DNA of 64,000 nucleotides from a virus (taxonomy: Duplodnaviria > Caudoviricetes). The translations under genes were made by a program, and so were the position numbers. Where the stretch lies: positions 1,901 through 65,900 of IMG/VR virus record IMGVR_UViG_3300034272_002196; one strand, given 5' to 3'. Below are positions 39,672 to 48,702 of the stretch, piece after piece. Below the pieces are notes generated by a model. The model saw only the letters and a program-made list of their open reading frames with translations. It had not been told where the DNA came from and did not search any database. Positions within the stretch are counted from its first letter, which is position 1, and each line of letters starts with the position of its first letter.

Positions 39672-40553
39672 ATTAAACATAATTATCTCAATAATAAGGA
39701 TATCCTTAAAGAAATACATAAAAGCAAAAATACTTATTGTTCATATACAGGACCAGACGTTGCAGACTACGATTTAATTGTAAGCAGTGTGGCTCAAGTC
39801 AATAAGAAAAATATTCTTGCCGCTCGAAAAGCAAGAGCAGAAAGATTGAGTAAATTAGCTCACGAAACTGCTGTAGCCGAAACGGGCGAAAAACAAAAAG
39901 CAGATCAATTTGAAATCAAATATACAAAAATCCCACTGACTGATGTAGTCTTTAGGGTAATGACATGGGAACATATCCCCATCGACAACGTAAAAACTAA
40001 AAAAGCCAAAGATGCTGCTAAAGAATTATTTGATGACGAAGACAATACTGCTTATACAGAATATGACGAAGACGACCCGAAGCATAACAAGTATGTTAAA
40101 GTTAACTTTCCACCATTTTTTCATTACAAAGTTGATGAAGACGGTAACCCTGTATTAGTGGGCAAGAGTCATTGGCGAGGGGATTTAACTGATGGAGTCT
40201 TTAGCAAAGATCACGGATCGATGACTAACAAACTTGCCCATATGTTCATGAAGTTGTGTGAACGGTATGCTACTCGAAGTAACTGGCGTGGTTATACATA
40301 CAATGATGAAATGCGTAGTCAAGCGTTATTACAATTAAGTCAAATTGGTCTACAATTCGATGAATCCAAGAGTCAAAATCCGTTTGCATACTATACCGCT
40401 GCCATCACTAATAGTTTTACTCGTGTTCTTAACATCGAAAAACGAAACCAGAATCTCAGAGATGACATCTTAGAAATGAACAATTTAAATCCTAGTTACA
40501 CACGACAAGGAATGAGTTCTGGTGGAGGCGGCTCTAGCTTTTATGATGAATAA
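39672..40553 (+). CDS. gp55: Late-transcription sigma factor, T4 gp55-like (probable ATT start)
   Basis: NWRGYTYNDEM...QFDESKSQNPFAYYT matches the gp55 core. The frame extends upstream of the track start (39789) to KHNYLNNKDIL (cf. T4 gp55 YNYVNNKEL). AGGAG at 39661-39665, ATT at 39672, in-frame TAA at 39666. Confidence 0.88.
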   Translation: MKHNYLNNKDILKEIHKSKNTYCSYTGPDVADYDLIVSSVAQVNKKNILAARKARAERLSKLAHETAVAETGEKQKADQFEIKYTKIPLTDVVFRVMTWEHIPIDNVKTKKAKDAAKELFDDEDNTAYTEYDEDDPKHNKYVKVNFPPFFHYKVDEDGNPVLVGKSHWRGDLTDGVFSKDHGSMTNKLAHMFMKLCERYATRSNWRGYTYNDEMRSQALLQLSQIGLQFDESKSQNPFAYYTAAITNSFTRVLNIEKRNQNLRDDILEMNNLNPSYTRQGMSSGGGGSSFYDE

Positions 40554-40570
40554 TGTGTTATACTAGGTAG

Positions 40571-41587
40571 ATGAGTAATTTATTTAAAAAAGCTGCTGTT
40601 TTTACAGATATCCATTTCGGACTTAAGTCTAATAGCCAACTTCATAACGAAGATTGTCTTAACTTTGTTAAATGGGCCACTGCCAAAGCAAAGGAAGAAG
40701 GCTGTGAAACTGCCATGTTCCTAGGTGATTGGCACAATAACCGAGCCAGTCTTAACATCGTTACCCTGAACTATAGCCTTAAAGCGTTGGAGCACTTAAA
40801 TGCCAATTTTGAACGTGTTTATTTTATTCCTGGTAACCATGACCTCTATTATCGAGATAAGAGAGACATACAAAGTGTGGAATGGGCCCGACATCTTCCT
40901 AATGTAGAAATTTGCAATGATTGGTTTAGTAGCGGGGATGTAGTTTTTGCTCCGTGGCTTGTTGGAGATGATCACAAGCGTATTTCTAAATTAAAAGGCA
41001 AATACATGTTTGGACATTTCGAATTGCCCCATTTCTACATGAATGCCATGGTACAGATGCCTGATCACGGTGAAATAAAAAATGAGCACTTTGGAAATTT
41101 CGAACAAGTCTTCACTGGACATTTCCATAAGCGTCAGCAACGGAAGAATATTACATACATCGGAAATTGTTTCCCGCATAATTATGCCGATGCAGGCGAC
41201 GACGAAAGAGGATTAATGATATTAGAATGGGATAAAGAACCTGAATATCATGCTTGGCCTGATCAACCCCGATATCGCGTTTTGGGTCTAGGCGCTATTT
41301 TAAATAATGCAGATGCTGTGCTGGGTACAGGTATGCACGTTCGTGTAAATATCGACATCGACATTAGCTACGAAGAAGCCACTTTCATCAAAGAAACATT
41401 CTTAGAATCTCATAAACTACGAGAGATTACATTAATTCCACAAAAAAATGCAAACTTAAATGAATTTGCTATTCAAGGAAATGTGGAGTTTGAAAGTGTT
41501 GATCAAATTGTCACCAATCAATTGACAGCTATCACCAGCGATCACTACGACAACAATTTATTACTAGACATTTATCGAAATCTATGA
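40571..41587 (+). CDS. gp47: Recombination endonuclease, Mre11/SbcD-like
   Basis: Metallophosphoesterase motifs DIHFG, LGDW, GNHD, GHFE, GHFH; follows gp55 as in T4. Confidence 0.92.
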   Translation: MSNLFKKAAVFTDIHFGLKSNSQLHNEDCLNFVKWATAKAKEEGCETAMFLGDWHNNRASLNIVTLNYSLKALEHLNANFERVYFIPGNHDLYYRDKRDIQSVEWARHLPNVEICNDWFSSGDVVFAPWLVGDDHKRISKLKGKYMFGHFELPHFYMNAMVQMPDHGEIKNEHFGNFEQVFTGHFHKRQQRKNITYIGNCFPHNYADAGDDERGLMILEWDKEPEYHAWPDQPRYRVLGLGAILNNADAVLGTGMHVRVNIDIDISYEEATFIKETFLESHKLREITLIPQKNANLNEFAIQGNVEFESVDQIVTNQLTAITSDHYDNNLLLDIYRNL

Positions 41588-42045
41588 TTAAAATTGCTAT
41601 AACTGGGCACACGGCAGGACTGGGTAAAAGTTTTTACGATTTATGTCTTAGTAAAAATTATATAGTTAAAGGATTTAGCCGATCAAATGGATATGACCTT
41701 CGGAATTATTCTTGTGTTACTGACATGCTTAACGAAATAAAAGAGTTCGATTTTTTTATAAACAATGCCAAACCAGACTATGCCCAAGCACAAATATTGT
41801 ATCGGTTAGTTAGGCAATGGAATAAAGGAACAGTTATTAGCATAGGTAGTGCAGTTCTTAATAAGATGCCACAGTGGGATGATACATTTCTATTAGAATA
41901 TGTAACTCAAAAACATGCGTTAGATCATGCACATCGGGTACTGACTCCGGTTACTAATTGTAAATTAATTTTAGTAAATCCATCACACCTCGGCGATATC
42001 ACCGACGAATACGCAAAACAATGTTTAGAAAGCGTAGGCATATGA
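41584..42045 (+). CDS. Short SDR-like Rossmann-fold oxidoreductase
   Basis: KIAITGHTAGLG (TGxxxGxG), FINNA, ISIGS, YVTQK (YxxxK); only 153 aa. Confidence 0.7.
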   Translation: MIKIAITGHTAGLGKSFYDLCLSKNYIVKGFSRSNGYDLRNYSCVTDMLNEIKEFDFFINNAKPDYAQAQILYRLVRQWNKGTVISIGSAVLNKMPQWDDTFLLEYVTQKHALDHAHRVLTPVTNCKLILVNPSHLGDITDEYAKQCLESVGI

Positions 42046-43193
42046 CGCCAAAAGAATTTATACTGCATCCTACATTATGTACTGTTCCGTGGTCCGGAGT
42101 ATATATGTCTCCAAACGGGGACGTAATGAACTGTTCTATTAGTCGATCTAAGTTGGGAAATATAGAAAACGATAAAATTGAAAATATTTTAAACTCTGAA
42201 AAAAATACCGTCATTAAACAAGACTTATTAAATTCGGTTAAAACTGAATCATGCAGTAGTTGTTGGGACACTGAGTCTCTGCAAAATAGTGTTCTTGGAA
42301 CTAGTAATAGAGCACATTTTAAAAAAATAATAGGGAAAGTCATCCCATTAACGGATTTTAATTCTGCAGATACCTTTAACTTAAGGCAAATCGATATGCG
42401 CTGGCGCAACACCTGTAATCTTGCCTGTGTGTATTGCGGCAGCGATCTAAGCAGCACATGGGCCAAGGAATTAAATATAGAAACTACTGTCAATGAAGTT
42501 GAATTAGAGCGTACAAAAAAATACATATTCGATAATATCGACAACTTAAAATATGTGTATTTGTGCGGCGGAGAGCCGTTGTTGATGAAGGAAAATTTAG
42601 AGCTTATAAATTTAATACAAGAAAAGAATCCCAACATCTATATTAGAGTCAACACAAACTTAACAAACGTCAATTCTCCAATTTATAAATTACTGTTAAA
42701 CTGTAAAAATGTACACTGGATTCTTAGTGTAGATAGCACAAAAGAAATATTTGAATATGTTCGATTCGGCGCAACATGGGAAAGTTGGGTTGCAAATTTA
42801 CTTCAACTAAAGCAAGATATCGAAAACACCGAGCATAAAATTACGTTTAATATGGTGTGGTGTTCTCTGACATCATTGGCCATATTTGATGCTATAGATT
42901 TGTTTCAGTCATTTGGATTTAGCTCTAATTCTTTTATCATACAAGTAATCCGGGGCCCGGATGCGTTTAAAATACAATATATAAATCAGACAACTAAAGA
43001 ATTAATCAAATCAATGCTTGTATCAAGAATGGCAGACCTACCAAGTAGTTGGTTAAAAACTGGATATGGTATGATGTTAAAAGAGTTAGAAATTGAATAT
43101 ACAGGAACTAACGACCCGTTAAAAAATATTATCAATGAGTTAGATCATCGACGTAATCTGAATGGCAAATCTTTATTTGCTAATTTGTTTTAA
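42042..43193 (+). CDS. Radical SAM enzyme, N-terminal twitch/SPASM-like domain
   Basis: CNLACVYC, CGGEP, VNTN, SVD...EYVR; N-terminal CTVPW...NC...CSSC. ATG 42042 preferred (ATGA overlap with upstream stop). Confidence 0.9.
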   Translation: MTPKEFILHPTLCTVPWSGVYMSPNGDVMNCSISRSKLGNIENDKIENILNSEKNTVIKQDLLNSVKTESCSSCWDTESLQNSVLGTSNRAHFKKIIGKVIPLTDFNSADTFNLRQIDMRWRNTCNLACVYCGSDLSSTWAKELNIETTVNEVELERTKKYIFDNIDNLKYVYLCGGEPLLMKENLELINLIQEKNPNIYIRVNTNLTNVNSPIYKLLLNCKNVHWILSVDSTKEIFEYVRFGATWESWVANLLQLKQDIENTEHKITFNMVWCSLTSLAIFDAIDLFQSFGFSSNSFIIQVIRGPDAFKIQYINQTTKELIKSMLVSRMADLPSSWLKTGYGMMLKELEIEYTGTNDPLKNIINELDHRRNLNGKSLFANLF

Positions 43194-43205
43194 AGAGTAT
43201 AGTAT
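43177..43205 (+). promoter_or_regulatory. Sigma70-type promoter directly upstream of gp46
   Basis: TTGCTA (43177-43182)-N17-TAGTAT (43200-43205); same -10 as the gp55 promoter. Confidence 0.5.
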
Positions 43206-43210
43206 TAATT

Positions 43211-44983
43211 ATGTTTAAAATAAAAGCACTGTCAGTTAAAAATTTTATGAGTGTAGGTAATGCTACACAGGGTATCGACTTTGATCGTAACGACTTAACG
43301 CTGGTATTAGGTGAAAATTTAGACTTAGGCGGCGATGACAGTGGTGCTAGGAATGGCACCGGCAAAACTACTATTATCAATGCATTGAGTTACAGCTTAT
43401 TCGGCCAAGCGTTGACTAATATTAAAAAAGACAACCTGATTAATAAAACTAACAGCAAAAACATGTTAGTCACTGTGGACTTCGACGTCGAAGGTTGCCA
43501 TTATAGAATTGAGCGTGGTCGTAAACCAAATGTACTTAAGTTCTATATCGACGATGAAGAACTACAAACAAAAGACGACAATAGTCAAGGCGACAGTAGA
43601 GAGACTCAAGCAGAAATTGAAAGACTGTTAAACATGAGCCATGATATGTTCAGACATATTGTAGCCCTGAACACGTACACTGAGCCGTTTTTAAGTTTAA
43701 AAGCCAACGAACAACGAACAATTATTGAACAACTTTTAGGCATTACACTGTTAAGTGAAAAAGCTGAAGCATTAAAACAACAAAACAAAGATACTAAAGA
43801 TGCCATACAAAGCGAAGAATTTAGAATCAAAGCCGTGCAAGATGCCAATAAACGAATTCAAGATCAAATTGATGCATTAATTCGACGTCAGACTTTATGG
43901 AGTAAAAAACATGAGGACGATGTTGCTGCTCTACAAACTGCTTACGATCAACTGGCAGAATTAGATATAGAATCAGAATTGGATGCACACAAACGATTAT
44001 CTGATTATTCTTCTAAAGAGAAAATAATTAACGATTTAAAAGCATGGATTAAACGATGCGAACAAGACGAAGTAAGGGAAACCCGTGAAATTGAAAAGCT
44101 CAGAAATGAAATCCAAACGTTGGAGAATCATACTTGTCACTCGTGCGGGCAAGCGTTCCACGACTCCAAACAAGAAACCCTATTAGAAGAGAAAAAGAAA
44201 ACACTACAAGAATCTGCACTGCAGGCCCTTGCCACTAACACACAATACATGGAACACACTGATGCACTTACAGCATTGGGAGAACTAGGAACCAAGCCTA
44301 CAACTTTTTATAAAAATGAAAGCGATGCGTTCGAACATCGAAGTAGTATGGCCAGTGTATTAACTCAGTTAACTGCAAAGCAACAAGAAACTGATCCTTA
44401 TGCAGATCAAATTGTAGAAATGCGCGAACAAGCGTTACAGGAAATCAATTATGATATTCTTAATGGTCTCACACGAATTAAAGATCATCAAGATTTTCTA
44501 GTTAAACTATTAACTAATAAAGACAGTTTTATTCGTAAAAAGATTATTGATCAAAACTTAAATCACTTAAATGCAAGACTCAGTTATTACTTAGATAAAA
44601 TTGGATTACCGCACACTGTGAAATTCAACAATGATTTAACTGTTAGTATTGAAGAACTGGGTCGTGAATTAGATTTTGACAATCTCAGCAGAGGAGAGCG
44701 TAATCGATTAATTCTTTCTTTGTCTTGGTCTTTTAGAGACGTATGGGAAAGTTTGTATCAGCCTATTAATCTATTGTTTATCGACGAGCTAGTAGACAGT
44801 GGCATGGATGCCAGTGGGGTAGAAAATAGTTTGGCCATTTTAAAGAAAATGAGTAGAGAAAGTGATCGCAGTGTTTGGCTAGTCAGCCACAAGGACGAGT
44901 TAGCAGGACGAGTCAATAATATACTAACTGTTGTAAAAGAAAACGGTTTTACTAGTTATACAACTGATGTTGAAGTTATTTAA
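43211..44983 (+). CDS. gp46: Recombination ATPase, Rad50/SbcC-like
   Basis: Walker A GARNGTGKT, coiled coil with CHSC zinc hook, signature LSRGE, Walker B LFIDE, VSH. Confidence 0.93.
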   Translation: MFKIKALSVKNFMSVGNATQGIDFDRNDLTLVLGENLDLGGDDSGARNGTGKTTIINALSYSLFGQALTNIKKDNLINKTNSKNMLVTVDFDVEGCHYRIERGRKPNVLKFYIDDEELQTKDDNSQGDSRETQAEIERLLNMSHDMFRHIVALNTYTEPFLSLKANEQRTIIEQLLGITLLSEKAEALKQQNKDTKDAIQSEEFRIKAVQDANKRIQDQIDALIRRQTLWSKKHEDDVAALQTAYDQLAELDIESELDAHKRLSDYSSKEKIINDLKAWIKRCEQDEVRETREIEKLRNEIQTLENHTCHSCGQAFHDSKQETLLEEKKKTLQESALQALATNTQYMEHTDALTALGELGTKPTTFYKNESDAFEHRSSMASVLTQLTAKQQETDPYADQIVEMREQALQEINYDILNGLTRIKDHQDFLVKLLTNKDSFIRKKIIDQNLNHLNARLSYYLDKIGLPHTVKFNNDLTVSIEELGRELDFDNLSRGERNRLILSLSWSFRDVWESLYQPINLLFIDELVDSGMDASGVENSLAILKKMSRESDRSVWLVSHKDELAGRVNNILTVVKENGFTSYTTDVEVI

Positions 44984-45935
44984 CACCAACGAACTTCATA
45001 TAGAAATCAGCAGCAAGTGCATGTTAAAATGCCCTCGCTGCCCTAGGACTGAGCTAAAACCTGATGTTCTGAATCAGGAATTTACTTTAGAAGAATTTAA
45101 AACTGCTTTTCCGCCAAGTATATTAAACAGCGTTAAAAAGATAATTTTTTGCGGTGACATCGGCGATCCAATTTATGCCACCGAATTCTTAGAAATTGTT
45201 GAATATGTCAAAAAGTTTAAAATTCAGTTAGTCGTTGTTACCAATGGTAGCTATAAAAAAGATCCGTGGTGGGTAAAATTTGGTAGTCTACTAGATTATC
45301 ACGACGTGGTTCAATTTAGTATTGATGGGTGGGATAATGACAGTAATAACATGTATAGAATAAACAGTGATTACGACAGTATTATCAACGGCATTAAAGT
45401 TTTACGAGAAAATAGCAGTTGCACTATTAACTGGAGTTCTATATACTTTAACTTCAACGAAGATCATATGGATCTTATTAAAGCTCAAGCAACGAACGCA
45501 GGCGTAGATCAATGGCAGGCAGTAAGAAGTACAAAATTTGATGGAAGATACTCGATCAATGGTCAAGATCCGTTAAAACCTAAGAATTATGAAAATCAGA
45601 ATTTTGGCACTGTGTATGCAAAAAACATAACAAAAATATCTAATAGAAAAAAAGCCATTGAAATCAAATACTTTACTGATAATCATAGTTGGGCAAAATG
45701 CTTAAACTGGAAAAAAGAATTGTTTATTAATGTAGGGGGTTTAGTTTTTCCTTGCCCGTGGTTTAATAGTGGATATCAATTCAATGACTTTGTACAAAAA
45801 TATAAAACAAAATTAAATGTAAGGACAAGACCCTTGGACGAGATCTTAAATGACAATCTATGGGAAGAATTTATTGTGCGATTAGAAACTATGCCTTTGG
45901 AAATTTGTAAAATAAAGTGCAAAAATGATAGATAA
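44967..45935 (+). CDS. Radical SAM enzyme with C-terminal twitch/SPASM-like domain
   Basis: N-terminal CMLKCPRC, FCGDIGDP, TNG, FSIDG; C-terminal CLNW...PCPW...CKIKC. Confidence 0.9.
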   Translation: MLKLFNTNELHIEISSKCMLKCPRCPRTELKPDVLNQEFTLEEFKTAFPPSILNSVKKIIFCGDIGDPIYATEFLEIVEYVKKFKIQLVVVTNGSYKKDPWWVKFGSLLDYHDVVQFSIDGWDNDSNNMYRINSDYDSIINGIKVLRENSSCTINWSSIYFNFNEDHMDLIKAQATNAGVDQWQAVRSTKFDGRYSINGQDPLKPKNYENQNFGTVYAKNITKISNRKKAIEIKYFTDNHSWAKCLNWKKELFINVGGLVFPCPWFNSGYQFNDFVQKYKTKLNVRTRPLDEILNDNLWEEFIVRLETMPLEICKIKCKNDR

Positions 45936-47157
45936 AATATTTTGCACCGTGCCTTGGTATGAAGTGCATATTAACGCCGACGGCACTTATCATTCTTGCG
46001 GTGCTCAGCCCAATAGAATTAGCGGGACTCCTGACGCAAAAAAATATAATGTACATTCGATGACCATTGACGAATGGGTTGCCGGGCAGCATCAAGAATT
46101 TGCAAGGCATGGCAAACTAAATGGGGTTCGTGAACCTTTATGCGGCATGTGCTATCACGAAGAATCAATTGGGTCTGTTAGTAAGCGTGTCAGAGAAAAC
46201 CTCAGAAGTAATATCGAGCCTTTGCGTTTTTATGAAACGTTTGATAAAGATTATTTTCAAAGTTTAAAACCAAATATCAATAGCTATCATATAAGTCTGG
46301 GCAATGAATGTAATCTTGCTTGCAGAATTTGCGGGCCTACCGCCAGCAGTAAAATTGCTGTAGCGGAAATCAAAGCAGGAACTTATAGTGGGCCTGCCAG
46401 GATGAACTGGACCGAAGACGAATCTGCATGGAATCACGTAGTTTCAACTATTTGTAATACTCCAGATTTAAAATTTGTTCATTTGATAGGCGGTGAAACT
46501 TTATTAAATCCAAAATTTGAAAATCTAATAGATCAACTGCTCGAGGCAAATAAAACTGACATTTATCTAGGCTTTACTACCAATGGTACTATTTTTAATC
46601 AACAGTTAATGGAAAAGCTTAATGCATTCAGGCATGTAGACGTTGGCATTAGTATAGAATGTACAGGTCCGTTGAACGATATGATTAGGCAAGGCTCTCA
46701 CACTGAAGAAGTATTAGACAATATCGATTTATATTTAAAACATCGAAAAGAAGGCCATGTTTACATCACAGTCAGACCTGTTCCCAGCGCATTAAGTATA
46801 CACGAACTAGATGACTTGTATAAGTGGTGTGTAAGCAGAAAACTAGATGTAATGACTAATATTTTAACTAGGCCAGATTATCTGCAAATTGCACAACTGC
46901 CTCCCGACGTTAAAGAACGTTTAGTTAAACAATATAGTAAATGGGATTATAGCGAACCTGCTCCGGCGAACAGTGATCCCAGAGACCCAACTTGGTTTAA
47001 ACAACACATAGACAACGAAATAAAATCAATCATCACGGCACTATCACAACCAAACGATCCATCATTGACTCAAAAACTTTATCAAAAACTTTCATTATGG
47101 GGCTGGTTAGATCAACCAAATATAGCAAAATATTTTAAAACAAACTTTAAGGCATAA
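45925..47157 (+). CDS. Radical SAM enzyme, N-terminal twitch/SPASM-like domain
   Basis: CNLACRIC, IGGET, TTNG; N-terminal CTVPW...SCG...CGMC. Confidence 0.9.
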   Translation: MIDKIFCTVPWYEVHINADGTYHSCGAQPNRISGTPDAKKYNVHSMTIDEWVAGQHQEFARHGKLNGVREPLCGMCYHEESIGSVSKRVRENLRSNIEPLRFYETFDKDYFQSLKPNINSYHISLGNECNLACRICGPTASSKIAVAEIKAGTYSGPARMNWTEDESAWNHVVSTICNTPDLKFVHLIGGETLLNPKFENLIDQLLEANKTDIYLGFTTNGTIFNQQLMEKLNAFRHVDVGISIECTGPLNDMIRQGSHTEEVLDNIDLYLKHRKEGHVYITVRPVPSALSIHELDDLYKWCVSRKLDVMTNILTRPDYLQIAQLPPDVKERLVKQYSKWDYSEPAPANSDPRDPTWFKQHIDNEIKSIITALSQPNDPSLTQKLYQKLSLWGWLDQPNIAKYFKTNFKA

Positions 47158-47169
47158 CTAGTATGTACA

Positions 47170-47604
47170 ATGACATGGCTTTATCAAACAACTCTAATAG
47201 AATCTTTACCCGAAGATTGTGTCGGATTCGTTTACATTATCACAAATAACATCACAGACAAAAAATACATAGGTAAAAAACTAGCTAAATTCGCAAAAAC
47301 TACTCAAAAAACAATAAAATTAAAAAACGGCACAAAAAAGAAAAAGAAAATTCGCTCAAAAGTCGACAGTGACTGGAGAGATTATTATGGCTCAAGTCCT
47401 GAATTAAAAAAAGACATAGAACAATTAGGCGCTGACAATTTTACTAGAGAAATACTTTACTATTGTAAGTCAAAAGCAGAATGTAGTTATGTCGAGGCCC
47501 GAGAACAATTTACCAGGCGTGTATTAGAATCAGATGATTATTATAACGGCATAATTAATTGCCGTATCCATGGCTCCCATATAAAAAACAAACTAAGCAT
47601 TTAA
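47170..47604 (+). CDS. Stand-alone GIY-YIG family nuclease
   Basis: GFVYIITN...KKYIGKK, YYGSS, FTREIL...E...YYN; Lys-rich insert KLKNGTKKKKKIRSK; no C-terminal DNA-binding repeats. Confidence 0.8.
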   Translation: MTWLYQTTLIESLPEDCVGFVYIITNNITDKKYIGKKLAKFAKTTQKTIKLKNGTKKKKKIRSKVDSDWRDYYGSSPELKKDIEQLGADNFTREILYYCKSKAECSYVEAREQFTRRVLESDDYYNGIINCRIHGSHIKNKLSI

Positions 47605-47960
47605 GACTCGCACAGGTCAATTTCATGTGCCCTATACCTGGATCTCGGATCGCAGGGATGGAAGACTCACCGTGCTAGTGAGCACTCAACCACTGCCCGA
47701 AAGGATGAAGATTGCCAATGCCGCAATTTGGTTGTTTGAATAGGAATAAAGGCTGAAAAGACGTCACAGTGATGTGACAAGGTTTATATGTATGTTAGCG
47801 TATAGATATAAACCTGCCGTTGGGATAAGACACAACTCGAGGTACAGGCCAACCGCCTCTGTAATGTTGTAACGCTAAGTGACTGTGCTACTCGGATGAA
47901 GCTCATTCATTTCTTTGCCCTGTGCGGGCAAAGTGTGACCGATTAATCTGGATGAAACTT
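47605..47960 (+). ncRNA. Candidate large structured non-coding RNA
   Basis: ORF-free and GC-richer than its surroundings. Nested helices: CAACCA/TGGTTG, AGGTTTATAT/ATATAAACCT, GTCACA/TGTGAC, CTTTGCCC/GGGCAAAG, GGTCA/TGACC. Two loop-mediated pseudoknots. Strand inferred from G-U pairs, a GAAA tetraloop and the upstream gene. Confidence 0.7.
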
Positions 47961-47963
47961 ATA

Positions 47964-48032
47964 TCGCTTCGCTCTAAAAAAACAATATATCACTGAGCGA
48001 CAGCGAAAGTGATAGATGTGCTACGCACATCT
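47964..48032. repeat. Cluster of short inverted repeats at the convergence point of transcription
   Basis: TCGCTTCGCTC/GAGCGA(C)AGCGA, TATCACT/AGTGATA, AGATGTGC-TAC-GCACATCT. Confidence 0.6.
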
Positions 48033-48674
48033 TAAAAGAATAATAATTTCTTCTTTGCTTTAGCAGTCAATATTGCTTGTATATGTTCTGGTGATTTGGG
48101 TTTACGCATTTTAGCTTTAGTTTCTTCTGATTTGGGTTTACGCATTTTAGCTTTAGTTTCTTCTGAACGAGTACCATTCGATTTACCAGTAAAATATTCT
48201 GATAATTTTTGTTTATGACTTTCTGACTTTTGTTTGCCTTTATGTGTATTTGATATTTTTTTAGCTATTTCTAATTTCTGTTCGTCAGTATAGTTTGTTG
48301 GCTTTTTTCCTTTTTGTGCTTGGCTCATTCGTAATTTTTGTTCAAGTGTTCTTTTTTTACCTATATTTTTAGAAATTCTTTTTTTGTATTGTTTCCTGAG
48401 TATCTATCCTTCCAGATACACCTTCACCGCCGTCAGTCATATTGCGTAAGATTCCTGTACCAAGATCTTTGCGACCGTACTGTGCTATCAGTTTGCATTC
48501 CAAATTGAAAGCTTCGTTTTCGTTTAAATTATCTTGTATGATTTGTATCAAGGATGAATCTTTTGGTTTAGGTATAGATCTACCATTCAGATAAGCACGG
48601 CGTCCTTTACCTTTACCAATATAATATGGTGTTTTGTCTTCTCTAAGATACGCATAAACATAAAAAATATTCAT
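48032..48674 (-). pseudogene. GIY-YIG-like/NUMOD3 homing endonuclease split by a +1 frameshift
   Basis: From ATG 48674: FYVYAY...YYIGKG...E..LI..YGR...NMTDGGEG. The NUMOD3-like repeats (SEETKAKM, KSESHKQKLS) are in another frame; removing one A from the A7 run at 48379-48385 restores a ~213-aa protein. Confidence 0.75.
48092..48163. repeat. Perfect 36-bp tandem duplication (2 copies) in the NUMOD3 region
   Basis: TGATTTGGGTTTACGCATTTTAGCTTTAGTTTCTTC x2, encoding EETKAKMRKPKS. Confidence 0.9.
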
Positions 48675-48702
48675 AAAAATATTTATGTGGATTGCCGTTT
48701 TT

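Noticed and set aside
41999-42637. 212-aa antisense ORF
   Set aside because: Opposite a clear radical SAM gene, no recognisable motifs.
47605-48030. Known RNA classes for the structured region (group I/II intron, hammerhead, tmRNA, RNase P, tRNA)
   Set aside because: No group I P7/J8-7 consensus, no group II domain V, CTGAGCGA...GAAA does not form a hammerhead three-stem core, no tRNA-like ends, and the flanking genes are convergent rather than exons. Judged by eye only; needs an Rfam search.
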